Origin: a phage
Sequence record: PV357171.2
Direction: 5' to 3' (one strand)
DNA length: 64,000 nucleotides
Made by a program: the position numbers and the translations under genes. How positions within the stretch are numbered: the stretch's first letter is position 1; each line of letters opens with the position of its first letter. A model generated the notes under the pieces. It did not search any database, was not told where the DNA came from, and saw nothing but the letters and a program-made list of their open reading frames with translations. Below, one piece after another: positions 26,756 through 37,089 of this stretch.

Positions 26756-29103
26756 TGGCAGTAACTACTAAGATTATTGTACAACAGATACTAAATATTG
26801 ATGATACTAAAGCTACTGCTAGTAAATTTCCTAGATATACAGTAACTCTTGGTAACTCTATTAGCTCTATTACTGCAAGTGAGTTAGTATCATCTATTGA
26901 GGCCGCAGCTAAGTCTGCTGCAGCTGCAAAAGACTCTGAAATAGCTGCTAAGACTTCAGAGCTTAATGCTAAGAACTCTGAACAGGAAGCTGCTATTTCT
27001 GCTGGAGCTTCTGAAGCCTCTGCCACTCAGTCCGCTACATCTGCTACTCAATCTGCAGAATCAGCGGATAGATCTGCAGAATCAGCCGCAGCAGCTAAAG
27101 TATCAGAGACTAATGCGAAAGCTAGTGAAACTAAAGCTAAAACATCCGAGACTAATGCAAAAGCCTCAGAAACTAATGCAAAGTCTAGTGAAACCAAAGC
27201 TAAAACCTCGGAAACTAATGCTAAAACTAGTGAAACCAACGCTGCTGCTTCCGCTGCTGCTGCAAAAATTAGTGAGACTAATGCTAAGACTAGTGAGACT
27301 AATGCTGCTGAGTCTGCTGCGTCTGCTGCCGATTCTAAAGGTTTTAGGGATGAAGCAGAAACATTTGCTGCACAAGCGGCTGCCTCTGCTGCGGCTGCTA
27401 AAGTATCCGAGACTAAGGCAAAAACATCAGAAACTAATGCAAAGTCTAGCGAAACTAAAGCTAAGGCTAGTGAAACAAATGCTGCTAGTTCTGCAACTTC
27501 AGCTAGTCAATCAGTAACCACTATTCAAGGTCTAAAATCTGACGTTGAGGAATTAAAATCTGATACTCAAACCATAAAGAATAGTGCTGTAACTGAGACA
27601 ACAGCTTTAAAAAATCAAGCGGCTACTTCTGCAACTAATGCTGCTGCATCTGCTACTGAAGCGGGAAAACAAGCTACTAATGCTGCTAATAGTGCTAATA
27701 GTGCTAAAACTGAGGCTGACCGTTCAAAAACTGAAGCTGATCGTGCTAAAGCTGAGGCAGATAGATCTGAAGCCGCTATTAATGATACTCCTGAGCTGCA
27801 GCCGTTACCTGATGTATGGATACCTTTTAATGACTCCTTAGATATGATTACCGGCTTCTCACCTAGCTATAAAAAGATTATAATTGGTGACGATGAAATT
27901 ACAATGCCTGGTGACAAGATTGTTAAGTTTAAACGTGCATCAACTGCGACATATATTAATAAATCCGGCGTTTTCACTGTTGCGGGAATTGATGAACCAC
28001 GTTTTGAACGTGATGGTCTGCTTATTGAGGGGCAAAGAACAAACTATATTCTTAACTCCCTTACTGTTTCTAAATGGGGTGCATCTTCGTGGTTGACAAT
28101 CTCATCAAGCGGAGTTGATAGCTTTGGTTTTACATATGGCCGATTTGATGTTCAGTCTAGTAATGTTGGAAGCACAACATCCGGTAATATTGCTGTGGCT
28201 CCTTCACCAAGAGCTTTTGACGTTACTGGTGATGAGAAGTATTGCACTATATCTTGCCGATGCAAATGTGAATCAGACATAGATATTCGATGCAGACTCC
28301 GATTTGAGAACTACGACGGGACTGCCACATCCTTCATTGGCGATGCGTACATGAATATGCAGACTTTAGATATAACAACTACAGGTGGAGCAGCAGGTAG
28401 AATTACAGCTAAAGCGGTCAAGGATAATGCTACAGGATGGATATTTTTTGAAGCGACAATAAAAGCACTAGATACCGAAAATATGATTGGTGGCCAAGTT
28501 CAGATAGCACCATCTCAAAGAGTTGGATCTTTTGCAGATGGCGATCATATTATTGTTGCAACGCCGCAATTTGAAGGTGGGGCGACTGCATCGTCATTCA
28601 TCATATCTGATACAGTTGCAGCGACAAGGGCTAGCGATATGGTGACAGTGCCAATTAAAAACAATCTTTATAGCTTACCTTTTACGGTTCTTTGTGAGGT
28701 ACATAAGAATTGGTACAAAACACCGAATGCAGCACCGCGAGTTTTTGATACTGCAGGTCATCAAACTGGAGCAGCAATCATTCTTGGATTTGGTTCTTCA
28801 ACAAATTACGATGGGTTTCCATATTGCGATATTGGTGGGTCTAACCGACGTGTTAACGAAAACGCATCGCTTGAAAAAATGGTTATGGGGATGCGTGTGA
28901 AAGAAGATCAGATGACATGTGCGATAAGTAATGGGCGTATATCTAGTGAGACAAAGACAACTTGGACTTATATTCAAAGCTCTGCAACCATTCGTATAGG
29001 TGGTCAGACAACAACAGGGCAGCGTCATTTATTCGGGCATGTCAGAAATTTTCGAGTATGGCATAAAGCATTGACTGACCGTGAATTGAAGGAGTCGGTA
29101 TGA
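26755..29103 (+). CDS. L-shaped tail fibre protein A (LtfA-like), heptad-repeat shaft and C-terminal ConA/LamG-like lectin domain
   Basis: N-terminus resembles T5 pb1; SETNAK-type repeats; C-terminal motif FGHVRNFRVWHKALTDRELKE. Confidence 0.65.
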   Translation: MAVTTKIIVQQILNIDDTKATASKFPRYTVTLGNSISSITASELVSSIEAAAKSAAAAKDSEIAAKTSELNAKNSEQEAAISAGASEASATQSATSATQSAESADRSAESAAAAKVSETNAKASETKAKTSETNAKASETNAKSSETKAKTSETNAKTSETNAAASAAAAKISETNAKTSETNAAESAASAADSKGFRDEAETFAAQAAASAAAAKVSETKAKTSETNAKSSETKAKASETNAASSATSASQSVTTIQGLKSDVEELKSDTQTIKNSAVTETTALKNQAATSATNAAASATEAGKQATNAANSANSAKTEADRSKTEADRAKAEADRSEAAINDTPELQPLPDVWIPFNDSLDMITGFSPSYKKIIIGDDEITMPGDKIVKFKRASTATYINKSGVFTVAGIDEPRFERDGLLIEGQRTNYILNSLTVSKWGASSWLTISSSGVDSFGFTYGRFDVQSSNVGSTTSGNIAVAPSPRAFDVTGDEKYCTISCRCKCESDIDIRCRLRFENYDGTATSFIGDAYMNMQTLDITTTGGAAGRITAKAVKDNATGWIFFEATIKALDTENMIGGQVQIAPSQRVGSFADGDHIIVATPQFEGGATASSFIISDTVAATRASDMVTVPIKNNLYSLPFTVLCEVHKNWYKTPNAAPRVFDTAGHQTGAAIILGFGSSTNYDGFPYCDIGGSNRRVNENASLEKMVMGMRVKEDQMTCAISNGRISSETKTTWTYIQSSATIRIGGQTTTGQRHLFGHVRNFRVWHKALTDRELKESV
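27040..27490 (+). repeat. in-frame tandem repeats (about 21 bp units, SETNAK/SETKAK) inside LtfA gene
   Basis: Visible periodicity in protein and DNA. Confidence 0.7.
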
Positions 29104-29375
29104 AAGACTTAACTATGAAATTTAAGGACAAGAAAGCATTTGAGGATTTTCTTGTGGTTATTGATTGGGAAGGTAATGAAACTTTGCAAAATCAAATAAT
29201 ACTTGATGTTATCGGATATACTTATACACAAACTGGTGGCTCAGAGGAAGAGCCCATATATACCCAGAATGGGGGATATTATGTGAACGTAAGGGTTATT
29301 GATGATTCAATTGACTTCACTCAATACAGTGATCATAGTGTTATTCTTGAACAGTCTCTTAGAGAGTGGGCATAA
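29100..29375 (+). CDS. hypothetical protein (91 aa) between the two fibre genes
   Basis: ATGA overlap with LtfA stop. Confidence 0.4.
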   Translation: MKDLTMKFKDKKAFEDFLVVIDWEGNETLQNQIILDVIGYTYTQTGGSEEEPIYTQNGGYYVNVRVIDDSIDFTQYSDHSVILEQSLREWA

Positions 29376-29493
29376 GGTTTTATAATGGTAACTAAAACAG
29401 TAATTCCTACGGATATTACAAAACTTAAAAATGAGTCACTTAATAAAAATAATAACCTGAGTGACTTAGCAGACCGTGCAGCAGCCTGGCTAA

Positions 29494-31128
29494 ATGTGCG
29501 TCCTATTGGGTCCACCCCTCTTGCGGGGGATCCTGTTGGGGGACTATGATGCCGCAACTAAACGTTGGGTAGAGAATAAGATTAACACTGGTACAGTTGG
29601 ACCCACTATGAATGGTGTTATGAACTACGGTGTTGGTGATTTCCACCTTCGAGATAGCCGTGCATACATTCAACCATACGAGGTGGTTTCTGATGGGCAG
29701 CTCCTTAATAGGGCTGACTGGCCGGAGCTTTGGTCTTACGCTCAAATGGTGGGGGCAATTAGTGATGCAAAATGGTTAGCAGATCCACATGAGAGAGGCA
29801 AATACTCAGTTGGTGATGGTCGAACAACCTTCCGTGTTCCTGATCGAAATGGTGTTCAATCTGGCTCCTTTAAAGGTCTTTTTGGACGTGGTGATAGTGG
29901 GGTAACTTCTAACCTCGGTAGAACGAATGAGTCTTCTGCTCCTAACTTAACTGCCTACTTCAGAACCGTAACTGATACGTCAATTATTGAAAATGATGCT
30001 GCAAGTGGTGCTGGATACCCATCCGAGGCATACCAAAAATATGCTCGGCTAAGCGCTATTAAAGAAGAGGCTGCACTAGAAATATACCCACGTAGATGGA
30101 ACTTTGATGCTTCTCGCCAATCTAGTGTATATGGGCGTTATGGTAATACAGATGAGATTACACCTAATAACTTCACCGGTGTATGGGTAATCCGGGCGTC
30201 TGGTGGTTTCGTTGCAGCAAATACATCTTGGAGTGTTATTAACGGCGATGCGACCAGACCAACAGACAGCACAAGAGTTGAATCAGGGAAAGTAAGCGTA
30301 GAATATAAGATTGGAACGGCTATTGAGGCGCAGGGTAAAGTCTATACTGCTGCAACAATGGGCGGGACATATTCTACCCAGCTCTCTGTTAAAAATGCCA
30401 CTACGGGTAAAGAGAAAGATATCAGCGTCACAGAAGATGGTGATCTGTGGTCTGACCGCTTTAAGGGTAGATTTGGCACCCGTATGGCTTGGAGTCAGAC
30501 CGGCTGGGTCTATGGCACATTTTCCCAAGCCAACCAAGCCATCGGTAACGACTACAGTTTCTACAGTATTCTTAGCGGCTCCCAAAGTTCAAGCTCGGGC
30601 TATAAAACTCATACCCATATTGGTCAAATCCATAATGACAATGGTTCATTTGCTGATAGCTGCTGGCATGTTGCAGGTGATGATGATAATAAATATGGTG
30701 TACGTTTAAAAATTCAGCCTAATAATAATAGTATTTATTTCTATTCTTGGTGGCCTAATGGTGCAGCAACCTATACTTTGCAATTAAATGCTATATCTGA
30801 TTCTCGCTTAAAGCATGATATTAAGGCTATAGATGCAACTAAATCCATCGAAATATTAAAAGGATTGGAATTCCAATCCTTTGTATATAATAACGATGAA
30901 AAATCTCGTATCCGACGTGGGGTTATTGCTCAGCAAGTAGAGACTATAGAACCACTTTATGTAAAAACTAGAAGATTTTATAATAATGATGGGGTAGAGC
31001 AAGAACAGAAGGAATTAGATACGACTCCAATGCTTCTTGACACTATGCATGTCGTGCAAGAACTTATAAAACGGATTGAATCTTTGGAAGAAGAACTCAA
31101 GCAATTAAGAGCAAACCTAGTGCAATAA
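29494..31128 (+). CDS. L-shaped tail fibre protein B (LtfB-like) with C-terminal intramolecular chaperone (peptidase S74-type) domain
   Basis: C-terminal SDSRLKHDIK...coiled-coil chaperone signature; start codon assignment uncertain. Confidence 0.6.
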   Translation: MCVLLGPPLLRGILLGDYDAATKRWVENKINTGTVGPTMNGVMNYGVGDFHLRDSRAYIQPYEVVSDGQLLNRADWPELWSYAQMVGAISDAKWLADPHERGKYSVGDGRTTFRVPDRNGVQSGSFKGLFGRGDSGVTSNLGRTNESSAPNLTAYFRTVTDTSIIENDAASGAGYPSEAYQKYARLSAIKEEAALEIYPRRWNFDASRQSSVYGRYGNTDEITPNNFTGVWVIRASGGFVAANTSWSVINGDATRPTDSTRVESGKVSVEYKIGTAIEAQGKVYTAATMGGTYSTQLSVKNATTGKEKDISVTEDGDLWSDRFKGRFGTRMAWSQTGWVYGTFSQANQAIGNDYSFYSILSGSQSSSSGYKTHTHIGQIHNDNGSFADSCWHVAGDDDNKYGVRLKIQPNNNSIYFYSWWPNGAATYTLQLNAISDSRLKHDIKAIDATKSIEILKGLEFQSFVYNNDEKSRIRRGVIAQQVETIEPLYVKTRRFYNNDGVEQEQKELDTTPMLLDTMHVVQELIKRIESLEEELKQLRANLVQ

Positions 31129-31136
31129 TGTAAGAA

Positions 31137-31165
31137 AACCCCAGTGGATTTTGTCCACTGGGGTT
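31137..31165. terminator. bidirectional terminator between convergent late and early modules
   Basis: AACCCCAGTGGA-TTTT-GTCCACTGGGGTT with T/A tracts on both sides. Confidence 0.75.
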
Positions 31166-31187
31166 TATTATTTATTTGATATGTAGA

Positions 31188-31634
31188 TTATTTATTTCCC
31201 GAACTTCCAAACCCGCCTTCACCACGATCAGTTTCCCCTAGTTCATCAACAATTTCAAAATTATGTGTTGAGTAGTGTGGTACTACTACCAACTGACAAA
31301 GTCTTTCAAAATTCTCCAGAGTTTGCATTTCAGAACCGTAATTATAGAGGTTCATCTTAATAGTACCACGATAGTCTGAGTCGATCACCCCTGCGGTGTT
31401 TGCGATCATCAGATGACGCTTACCTAAAGAGCTGCGAGGAACTACCAAACCGAACCAACCTCGCGGAATTTCTACCGCGACACCGGTGTCAATCATTAAG
31501 GATTTGCCTGGTGCAATAGCACGTAAATCTGCAGCAGGGTTAGTACCAAAGAATGCTCGCAGATCCATACCTGCGGCATCTTCGGAACCAATCTTAGGCA
31601 TACAATCTGGATGAGTTAATTTAATTTTAATCAT
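31188..31634 (-). CDS. dut: dUTPase
   Basis: 148 aa; motifs RSSLG and GVIDSDYRG. Confidence 0.85.
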   Translation of the reverse strand: MIKIKLTHPDCMPKIGSEDAAGMDLRAFFGTNPAADLRAIAPGKSLMIDTGVAVEIPRGWFGLVVPRSSLGKRHLMIANTAGVIDSDYRGTIKMNLYNYGSEMQTLENFERLCQLVVVPHYSTHNFEIVDELGETDRGEGGFGSSGNK

Positions 31635-32506
31635 TGTTCTGCAATCTCCAAAATATCTTTTGTAAACTTATCTAATACATCTTGACCTACAGCAGCAATA
31701 GCGTCCACACAGTAGGTAGGTAAATCAACTAAAATTAGGTTTCGATAAAGCAATTCTTCCGAAGCATTTAAATTCTGTATATATTTCTGTTTTCCAGGTA
31801 GTGGAAGCTGATCAATAATATCCAGAACGTTACCAAATTCACGAATAATATTATATCCGCGTTTTGCCCCAATACCTTCAACACCTCGGATATTATCCCC
31901 TAAATCACCCATAATTGCTTTCAGAGAGATAAACTGCTCTACATCGTCAACATTATGATGCTCGTACATATCACGAAGATGATATTCACGATGTGTTGTG
32001 AAAGAGAAGCGAGAAACTTTATCAGTTAATAAAGTATCCCAGTCACCATCGGTAGAAATTAGCCAAACATGATCATATAGATGCCCAATCAACTTAACAA
32101 TATAAGCTGCCATATCATCTGCTTCTACGCCACGAATAGTGAAGGTTGGGAATGTAGTTTCACATAGTTCGAAAGCATCTTTCAAATACTCGAAGAACTG
32201 CTCATCTAACGCTTTCTCCTCTTCCGTACGCTGAGAGTATTTCTCATCTCGATTCCCTTTATACTCAGGGAGATGCTCTAAGCGGAATGCAGACTTCCCT
32301 TTATCTCCTAAAACTATTGTAGTTCTAGCGGAATAAGATTTTGCTAGAGACTGAATAGTGGAAACATAACTTGAGGCAAATGGTTTTTTACTATTGTTAT
32401 GTTTGAAGCGAAAGCCTAAGTTAGTTCCATCGACAATCATTAGGTTACGACGGGAAGCCATTTCAGCTTCCTCTTCTTCAATAAATTTTCCCCAGGATTT
32501 ACTCAT
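31631..32506 (-). CDS. flap endonuclease / 5'-3' exonuclease (D15-like)
   Basis: 291 aa; FEN-type acidic clusters; length as for T5 D15. Confidence 0.8.
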   Translation of the reverse strand: MSKSWGKFIEEEEAEMASRRNLMIVDGTNLGFRFKHNNSKKPFASSYVSTIQSLAKSYSARTTIVLGDKGKSAFRLEHLPEYKGNRDEKYSQRTEEEKALDEQFFEYLKDAFELCETTFPTFTIRGVEADDMAAYIVKLIGHLYDHVWLISTDGDWDTLLTDKVSRFSFTTHREYHLRDMYEHHNVDDVEQFISLKAIMGDLGDNIRGVEGIGAKRGYNIIREFGNVLDIIDQLPLPGKQKYIQNLNASEELLYRNLILVDLPTYCVDAIAAVGQDVLDKFTKDILEIAEQ

Positions 32507-32988
32507 TATTTAATTAAGTCCTCAACAGATGCATGATGTAGCCACGGCTCAAATAAACCAATTACGATTTCCATGTCTTTCTTATTTAACACCATATGGG
32601 TACGACTCATTAAGTTGTCAACCATCGGGTCTGAGCTATCCAAAGCTATTAACCACTGTCCTCTGTCTTTTTTGAATATTAATGCAGGTTTGGAGTTCAT
32701 CTGCTCACCTTCACGTGAGCACTGCTGCCACCACTTCTCTAGGGTGGATTCACCAACATTAAATAAATTACTTGATAATGCGTCGTCTTTATAATGTTTT
32801 ACTTCAAAACAGTACTTACTGATTTTGCCTGTTTGTGGTGGAAGGTAGATGTCACCTTTCAGTCCGTGGCTCTGGCCAAAAGCACCAGAGCCAGGCACTC
32901 TCTCCCACTCTAGCTTTGTTCGCTCTCTAAGAATATCTCTTACTTGATACTCAGCTCTTTTTCCTTTTTCTCTACTATCTACAGCCAT
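32506..32988 (-). CDS. hypothetical protein, possible PD-(D/E)xK nuclease (D14-like)
   Basis: 160 aa; D...EVK pattern (GDIYL...FEVKH). Confidence 0.35.
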   Translation of the reverse strand: MAVDSREKGKRAEYQVRDILRERTKLEWERVPGSGAFGQSHGLKGDIYLPPQTGKISKYCFEVKHYKDDALSSNLFNVGESTLEKWWQQCSREGEQMNSKPALIFKKDRGQWLIALDSSDPMVDNLMSRTHMVLNKKDMEIVIGLFEPWLHHASVEDLIK

Positions 32989-33479
32989 TATTCCTCTGGG
33001 AAATTTAATACTGCGAAATCTCCGAAGTATTCTTTTGCTTTAATATCATAGGCTTTTGCCGCAATTTCTTCAGTTGGGTAGCTACCAATATACTCAGTTT
33101 TTCTGCTGAAAGGATTGCCAATTCTAGCGATATAGCTCCTACCATTAAAATGGACTCCTCTAACTGTATTTGGGCTAGACCTATTAGCCATATTCTGGGA
33201 TCTAGAACAGTCTCTCAGATTTTCTATTCTATTATTACTAACATCTCTATCTATATGGTCTATTTCCTTTGGCCAATAATTATTGAACATAAAAAATATC
33301 AGTCTATGAACATACTCTTGCCTCTGGAACAAAGTAACCCTTAGATACCCGGCCTTATTAGGAGTACCTGCAGGTACTCCTGCCTTCATCCTACCCCTAG
33401 TCTGCTTATTTATTAGCAGTCCATCCCTATAATTATATCTATTCCAAAGGTATTCTACAGTAACTCTTGGATCAGCCAT
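32988..33479 (-). CDS. HNH homing endonuclease with C-terminal AP2-like DNA-binding domain
   Basis: HIDRDVSNNRIENL HNH core; C-terminal ...EEIAAKAYD... AP2-like. Confidence 0.7.
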   Translation of the reverse strand: MADPRVTVEYLWNRYNYRDGLLINKQTRGRMKAGVPAGTPNKAGYLRVTLFQRQEYVHRLIFFMFNNYWPKEIDHIDRDVSNNRIENLRDCSRSQNMANRSSPNTVRGVHFNGRSYIARIGNPFSRKTEYIGSYPTEEIAAKAYDIKAKEYFGDFAVLNFPEE

Positions 33480-33482
33480 GTT

Positions 33483-35321
33483 TTATTCTAAGTAGGAAAA
33501 TCCTTCTGCATCTTTTTTGACAGTAATCTTATGGGCTAATGGATGCGTATGCCCATGAGAAACAATGATAGAATTCAGACTATCTTCCTCATTTAATAAT
33601 TCAACGAGAGTATCAAGTCCTTTCGTATCAATAAAGCTAATAACTTCGTCAAGGAACAGAAGATTAATATTAACTTTACTAATAGATGTTAACAGCATTC
33701 TAATAGCTAACAGAGTTGCTAGGTTAATTCTACTCTGCTGACCAGTAGAGCAGTTCTCCATGCTGGTACGGTTTCCGTCATTGAAGATTACTACTTGTAA
33801 TTTAGTTTCATCAAGTTCAAATCCAAGTGCGAACTTACCACCAGTCATAATAGAAAGATATTTATTAATCAATTCCTCAAATACTTTCACACTATGTTCT
33901 AGTTTATATCCTACCAGATTTTTCAATGCAGCGATCAGAATATCAAGATCAGCAACAGCTTCTGATACTCCATCCAGTTTGGACGTTATCTCAGACATTT
34001 CTGCCTCAGCTTTCTCAATCTGTTCTAATTTCGCTTTATATTTTGCATTGGCTAATTCGACATTTGCATTATGCTCTTTGGCAATTGCAACTTTAGAACG
34101 TCCATCAGCGATTTCCTGTTCTAATTGTCGGATTTGCACCTGTAGGATTTGCACATTGAGTTCTTCAAAAGAAGCGTCACTCATTGAATTTTTGAACTCG
34201 TCTCTAGCTGCTACTGCCTTATCTAAAGCATCTTTAGCTCTAGTATACACAGTGTACTCGACTTGTTCTTTCTTCAACTGCTCCAATGTAGCTTCAAGAG
34301 ATTGTTTCTCTTTAAACATAGGATCATATTCTGTTCTAGCCATATCCATTGCTTTTTGAGCAGCAGTTGTATCAAGATGCGTACCACAAGTAGGACATTC
34401 AGTATTTGAAGCCTCTTGCTTAAACTTCTGATAACGTTTCTTGACTTCTCCCGCACGTGAGGTAACAATCGTTAAGTCACGCGTAACACTTGAGATCTCT
34501 TCAGATTGGTCAGTGGGCGCAGGCAAATTTTTGAAAGGCTCGAAAGATTGTTCGGCAACTTGTACAGCTTTGTCCAAATTACGCAATTTAGTAATATTAG
34601 CCTCTTGAGACTTGGCTAATGCCGCCTTAATTTTCGATTCAGTAAGTTCTTGCGCTAATGGTTCTTCATCAAACTCGGGCACTTCTACTGGTTCTTGCAA
34701 AGTTCCCAAGTTATTCTTTCCATTAAGGATTTTCGTAATTACAGCCATTTGGCCCTGCAAATTATTTAAGGTATTTGCTATTTCTTTACGGTCAGCCTTA
34801 ATAGTTTCCGACATTTCTTTGTACTGTTCTTGGTTGAACAAGTTAACAAGAAAAGCCTTACGTGTTGCATCTGTTGCTTTTAGAAAGTCTAGATTGGAAC
34901 CCACTGATTGATAAATTAGTTTGGTGAATGTTTGGAAGTCACCGCCCATAATCTCCTCAATCCTCTTGTATGTTTGGGTTGCCGTGTGCCCACTAATATC
35001 TTCCCCATTCTTAATAAGAGTTACTTTAGCAGTTGACTTAACTACTTTATGCAATTCATACTCATCTTCATCTTTTGAGAAGTAAGCGTGCATATCATAC
35101 TCTTTTTTCGGAGAAGACCAAGAGAACAGAGCATCTTTCTTAATACCACGTGAGTTCTTATTATAGAACAGCTCTTCTATAACCGTGGCGATGGTAGATT
35201 TCCCTAGCCCATTGCCACCAATTAGTTGAGTAACTGGATTCTTATCGAAATGAATTACGATGTCCTTACCGTAAGACATAACGTTACTAAATTTTAGTGT
35301 CTTAATTGTAATCTTTGACAT
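33483..35321 (-). CDS. SbcC/Rad50-like ATPase (D13-like); start trimmed to ATG at 35321
   Basis: Walker A GGNGLGKST, long coiled coil, CxxC zinc hook, C-terminal signature/Walker B. Confidence 0.7.
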   Translation of the reverse strand: MSKITIKTLKFSNVMSYGKDIVIHFDKNPVTQLIGGNGLGKSTIATVIEELFYNKNSRGIKKDALFSWSSPKKEYDMHAYFSKDEDEYELHKVVKSTAKVTLIKNGEDISGHTATQTYKRIEEIMGGDFQTFTKLIYQSVGSNLDFLKATDATRKAFLVNLFNQEQYKEMSETIKADRKEIANTLNNLQGQMAVITKILNGKNNLGTLQEPVEVPEFDEEPLAQELTESKIKAALAKSQEANITKLRNLDKAVQVAEQSFEPFKNLPAPTDQSEEISSVTRDLTIVTSRAGEVKKRYQKFKQEASNTECPTCGTHLDTTAAQKAMDMARTEYDPMFKEKQSLEATLEQLKKEQVEYTVYTRAKDALDKAVAARDEFKNSMSDASFEELNVQILQVQIRQLEQEIADGRSKVAIAKEHNANVELANAKYKAKLEQIEKAEAEMSEITSKLDGVSEAVADLDILIAALKNLVGYKLEHSVKVFEELINKYLSIMTGGKFALGFELDETKLQVVIFNDGNRTSMENCSTGQQSRINLATLLAIRMLLTSISKVNINLLFLDEVISFIDTKGLDTLVELLNEEDSLNSIIVSHGHTHPLAHKITVKKDAEGFSYLE

Positions 35322-36279
35322 ATTTCGCAGCTCTAGCCAAGATTCTATCAATGTCGCCTTGAGATAGCTTCTCGACTTCACGAAAGTAAAGTTCAAGTTC
35401 ACCTAGCATATCAAGATCAACAAGATTTAACTTAGCATCTTTAGTAACTCGATGGTTAATCTTCTTATCTAATAAATCAGAGTCTTTGATAGACTTTAAT
35501 TGAACAACGTCACCAGTAACTTCATAGACTACACGATCATAATCACTAGGTTCCATCTCTTCACCAGCTCCGATTGTTTTACGAATCAGTTGTGGCAAAT
35601 CACCAAGTTCAATCCACTCTACTTTTAATGTATCGGTATCAATGATAAAGCAACCATTTGTACCTTTTGTGCGTTCTCTATGGAACGATGTAGTTAATGG
35701 AGACCCTGGGTAGAGGAGTCTAGTAGATCCGATAGTCTGGCTATTAGTATAAGAATGTAAATCGCCAGCAATTACAGTATCATAACAGTTGTACTTAGTT
35801 AGATCAATTTCTGGTTTTACATGTGGAGGGATTTCACCACGAACATGCGTGAAACATAGTTTTGATTCAGATGGTTTCCACTTAGACTTATGGATTTCAT
35901 CATATGGAACAATATCAAATTCAGGGGAACGATATGGTTTGGTAATTACTTCCCACTTACCACTCGTTACTTTATTAATAACTCCTGCATAATGATATAA
36001 ACATGAAATGGTTTTAGTTAACATTTCATGATTTCCAGTAAAGATTTTGCCTGGGTGGTCAAGTCTTGACATGAACTGTTCAAGCAGTTCTATTTCTTCT
36101 GACGACGGGTCGGCAACATCAAGTATATCACCACCAGCAATATGAAGATCACAGTTATGATTATGGAATATATCATTTAACCGTTCTCCTAGCATTAGGA
36201 AGCGACGCTTCTGCCATTCCTTTGGAACTTTATCTTGTCCTAGTTTGATATGATGATCAGCACTAAATAATATTCTCAT
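35302..36279 (-). CDS. SbcD/Mre11-like nuclease (D12-like)
   Basis: Metallophosphatase motifs (SADHH, GDILD, GNHE-like). Confidence 0.75.
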   Translation of the reverse strand: MRILFSADHHIKLGQDKVPKEWQKRRFLMLGERLNDIFHNHNCDLHIAGGDILDVADPSSEEIELLEQFMSRLDHPGKIFTGNHEMLTKTISCLYHYAGVINKVTSGKWEVITKPYRSPEFDIVPYDEIHKSKWKPSESKLCFTHVRGEIPPHVKPEIDLTKYNCYDTVIAGDLHSYTNSQTIGSTRLLYPGSPLTTSFHRERTKGTNGCFIIDTDTLKVEWIELGDLPQLIRKTIGAGEEMEPSDYDRVVYEVTGDVVQLKSIKDSDLLDKKINHRVTKDAKLNLVDLDMLGELELYFREVEKLSQGDIDRILARAAKYVKDYN

Positions 36280-36282
36280 TGG

Positions 36283-36306
36283 TTAAAAAGAAAGGGGCCG
36301 AAGCCC
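36283..36306 (-). terminator. stem-loop GGGGC-CGAA-GCCCC with U-tract on minus strand
   Basis: Read from sequence. Confidence 0.6.
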
Positions 36307-36315
36307 CTCTATTTA

Positions 36316-37089
36316 TTAGTCGTCCAGATCGCTTGCAGCTTCTGTGTCAATACCTTTCTGGGAGCCTGCATTGCTATTACCAGATTTGGCATCATCATCT
36401 TTATTCTCACGACCCTCCATGAAGGCTAGAATTGCTTCTTTCTGCTCTTCATAGGTAGGGACCGGATAGGTTTGTTCCAGAGAAGGAACTTTTTCGAACT
36501 TAATGATGTCGCCATCTTCGTCACACATAGCTTCACCGATCAGATCTACATCCGCAGCATATTGCTTAGATTCCGCACTGTTAGGATCTTGCAACTTAAT
36601 CTGGAACTGCATAGCAGCAATCTGCTGTACATCATACTCAGTATCGAAACCTTTACCTTTTTTCTCGATAGAAATATCAATATCAAACGGAGTTGCCAGG
36701 CTCAACTGCTTCATGATAGACTGGATGCCTTTCAGAATAGTAGCCTTGACTTCCATTACTTTCAGTTTGTTATCAGAACGGTCAATAACAAAAGCGATAT
36801 AGTTTTTCTTCGGTTTCAGCGGAACACGATTACCATCTTTATCCAGCTCTTTCTCGAAGAAGCCCATCTCATGAACCGGATCAGCTTTACCACGAACAAA
36901 GCTCTCTTTGTCACGGTTAAAACGGAGACATTCGAAAGGAGCTACGCTACCCTCTTTATTAGTCAGCCAATAGACATAACGTGGAAGAACACCAGAAACG
37001 ATACGAACACGAGTGATACCGTTGTTGAACTTCAGGAATTCGATTTTATCGTTAGAACCGCCAGTAGTTTCGCCCCAAGACTTAGCCAT
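36316..37089 (-). CDS. putative ssDNA-binding protein (acidic C-terminal tail)
   Basis: 257 aa; C-terminus ...DTEAASDLDD typical of SSB tails; position in replication module. Confidence 0.35.
   Translation of the reverse strand: MAKSWGETTGGSNDKIEFLKFNNGITRVRIVSGVLPRYVYWLTNKEGSVAPFECLRFNRDKESFVRGKADPVHEMGFFEKELDKDGNRVPLKPKKNYIAFVIDRSDNKLKVMEVKATILKGIQSIMKQLSLATPFDIDISIEKKGKGFDTEYDVQQIAAMQFQIKLQDPNSAESKQYAADVDLIGEAMCDEDGDIIKFEKVPSLEQTYPVPTYEEQKEAILAFMEGRENKDDDAKSGNSNAGSQKGIDTEAASDLDD

Noticed and set aside
26966-27517. 183-aa plus-strand ORF and two minus-strand ORFs (27048..27239, 27166..27375) rich in L/K/P, plus periodic 21-bp repeats that could superficially resemble a repeat array
   Set aside because: They lie entirely within the LtfA gene in alternative frames; the periodicity is the in-frame SETNAK coding repeat of the fibre shaft, with no spacer/repeat structure typical of CRISPR.
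33760-34359. 199-aa plus-strand ORF inside the SbcC-like gene, and similar antisense ORFs at 36472..37107 and 36503..36802
   Set aside because: Antisense to well-supported genes, Ser/Leu-rich low-complexity products, no RBS.
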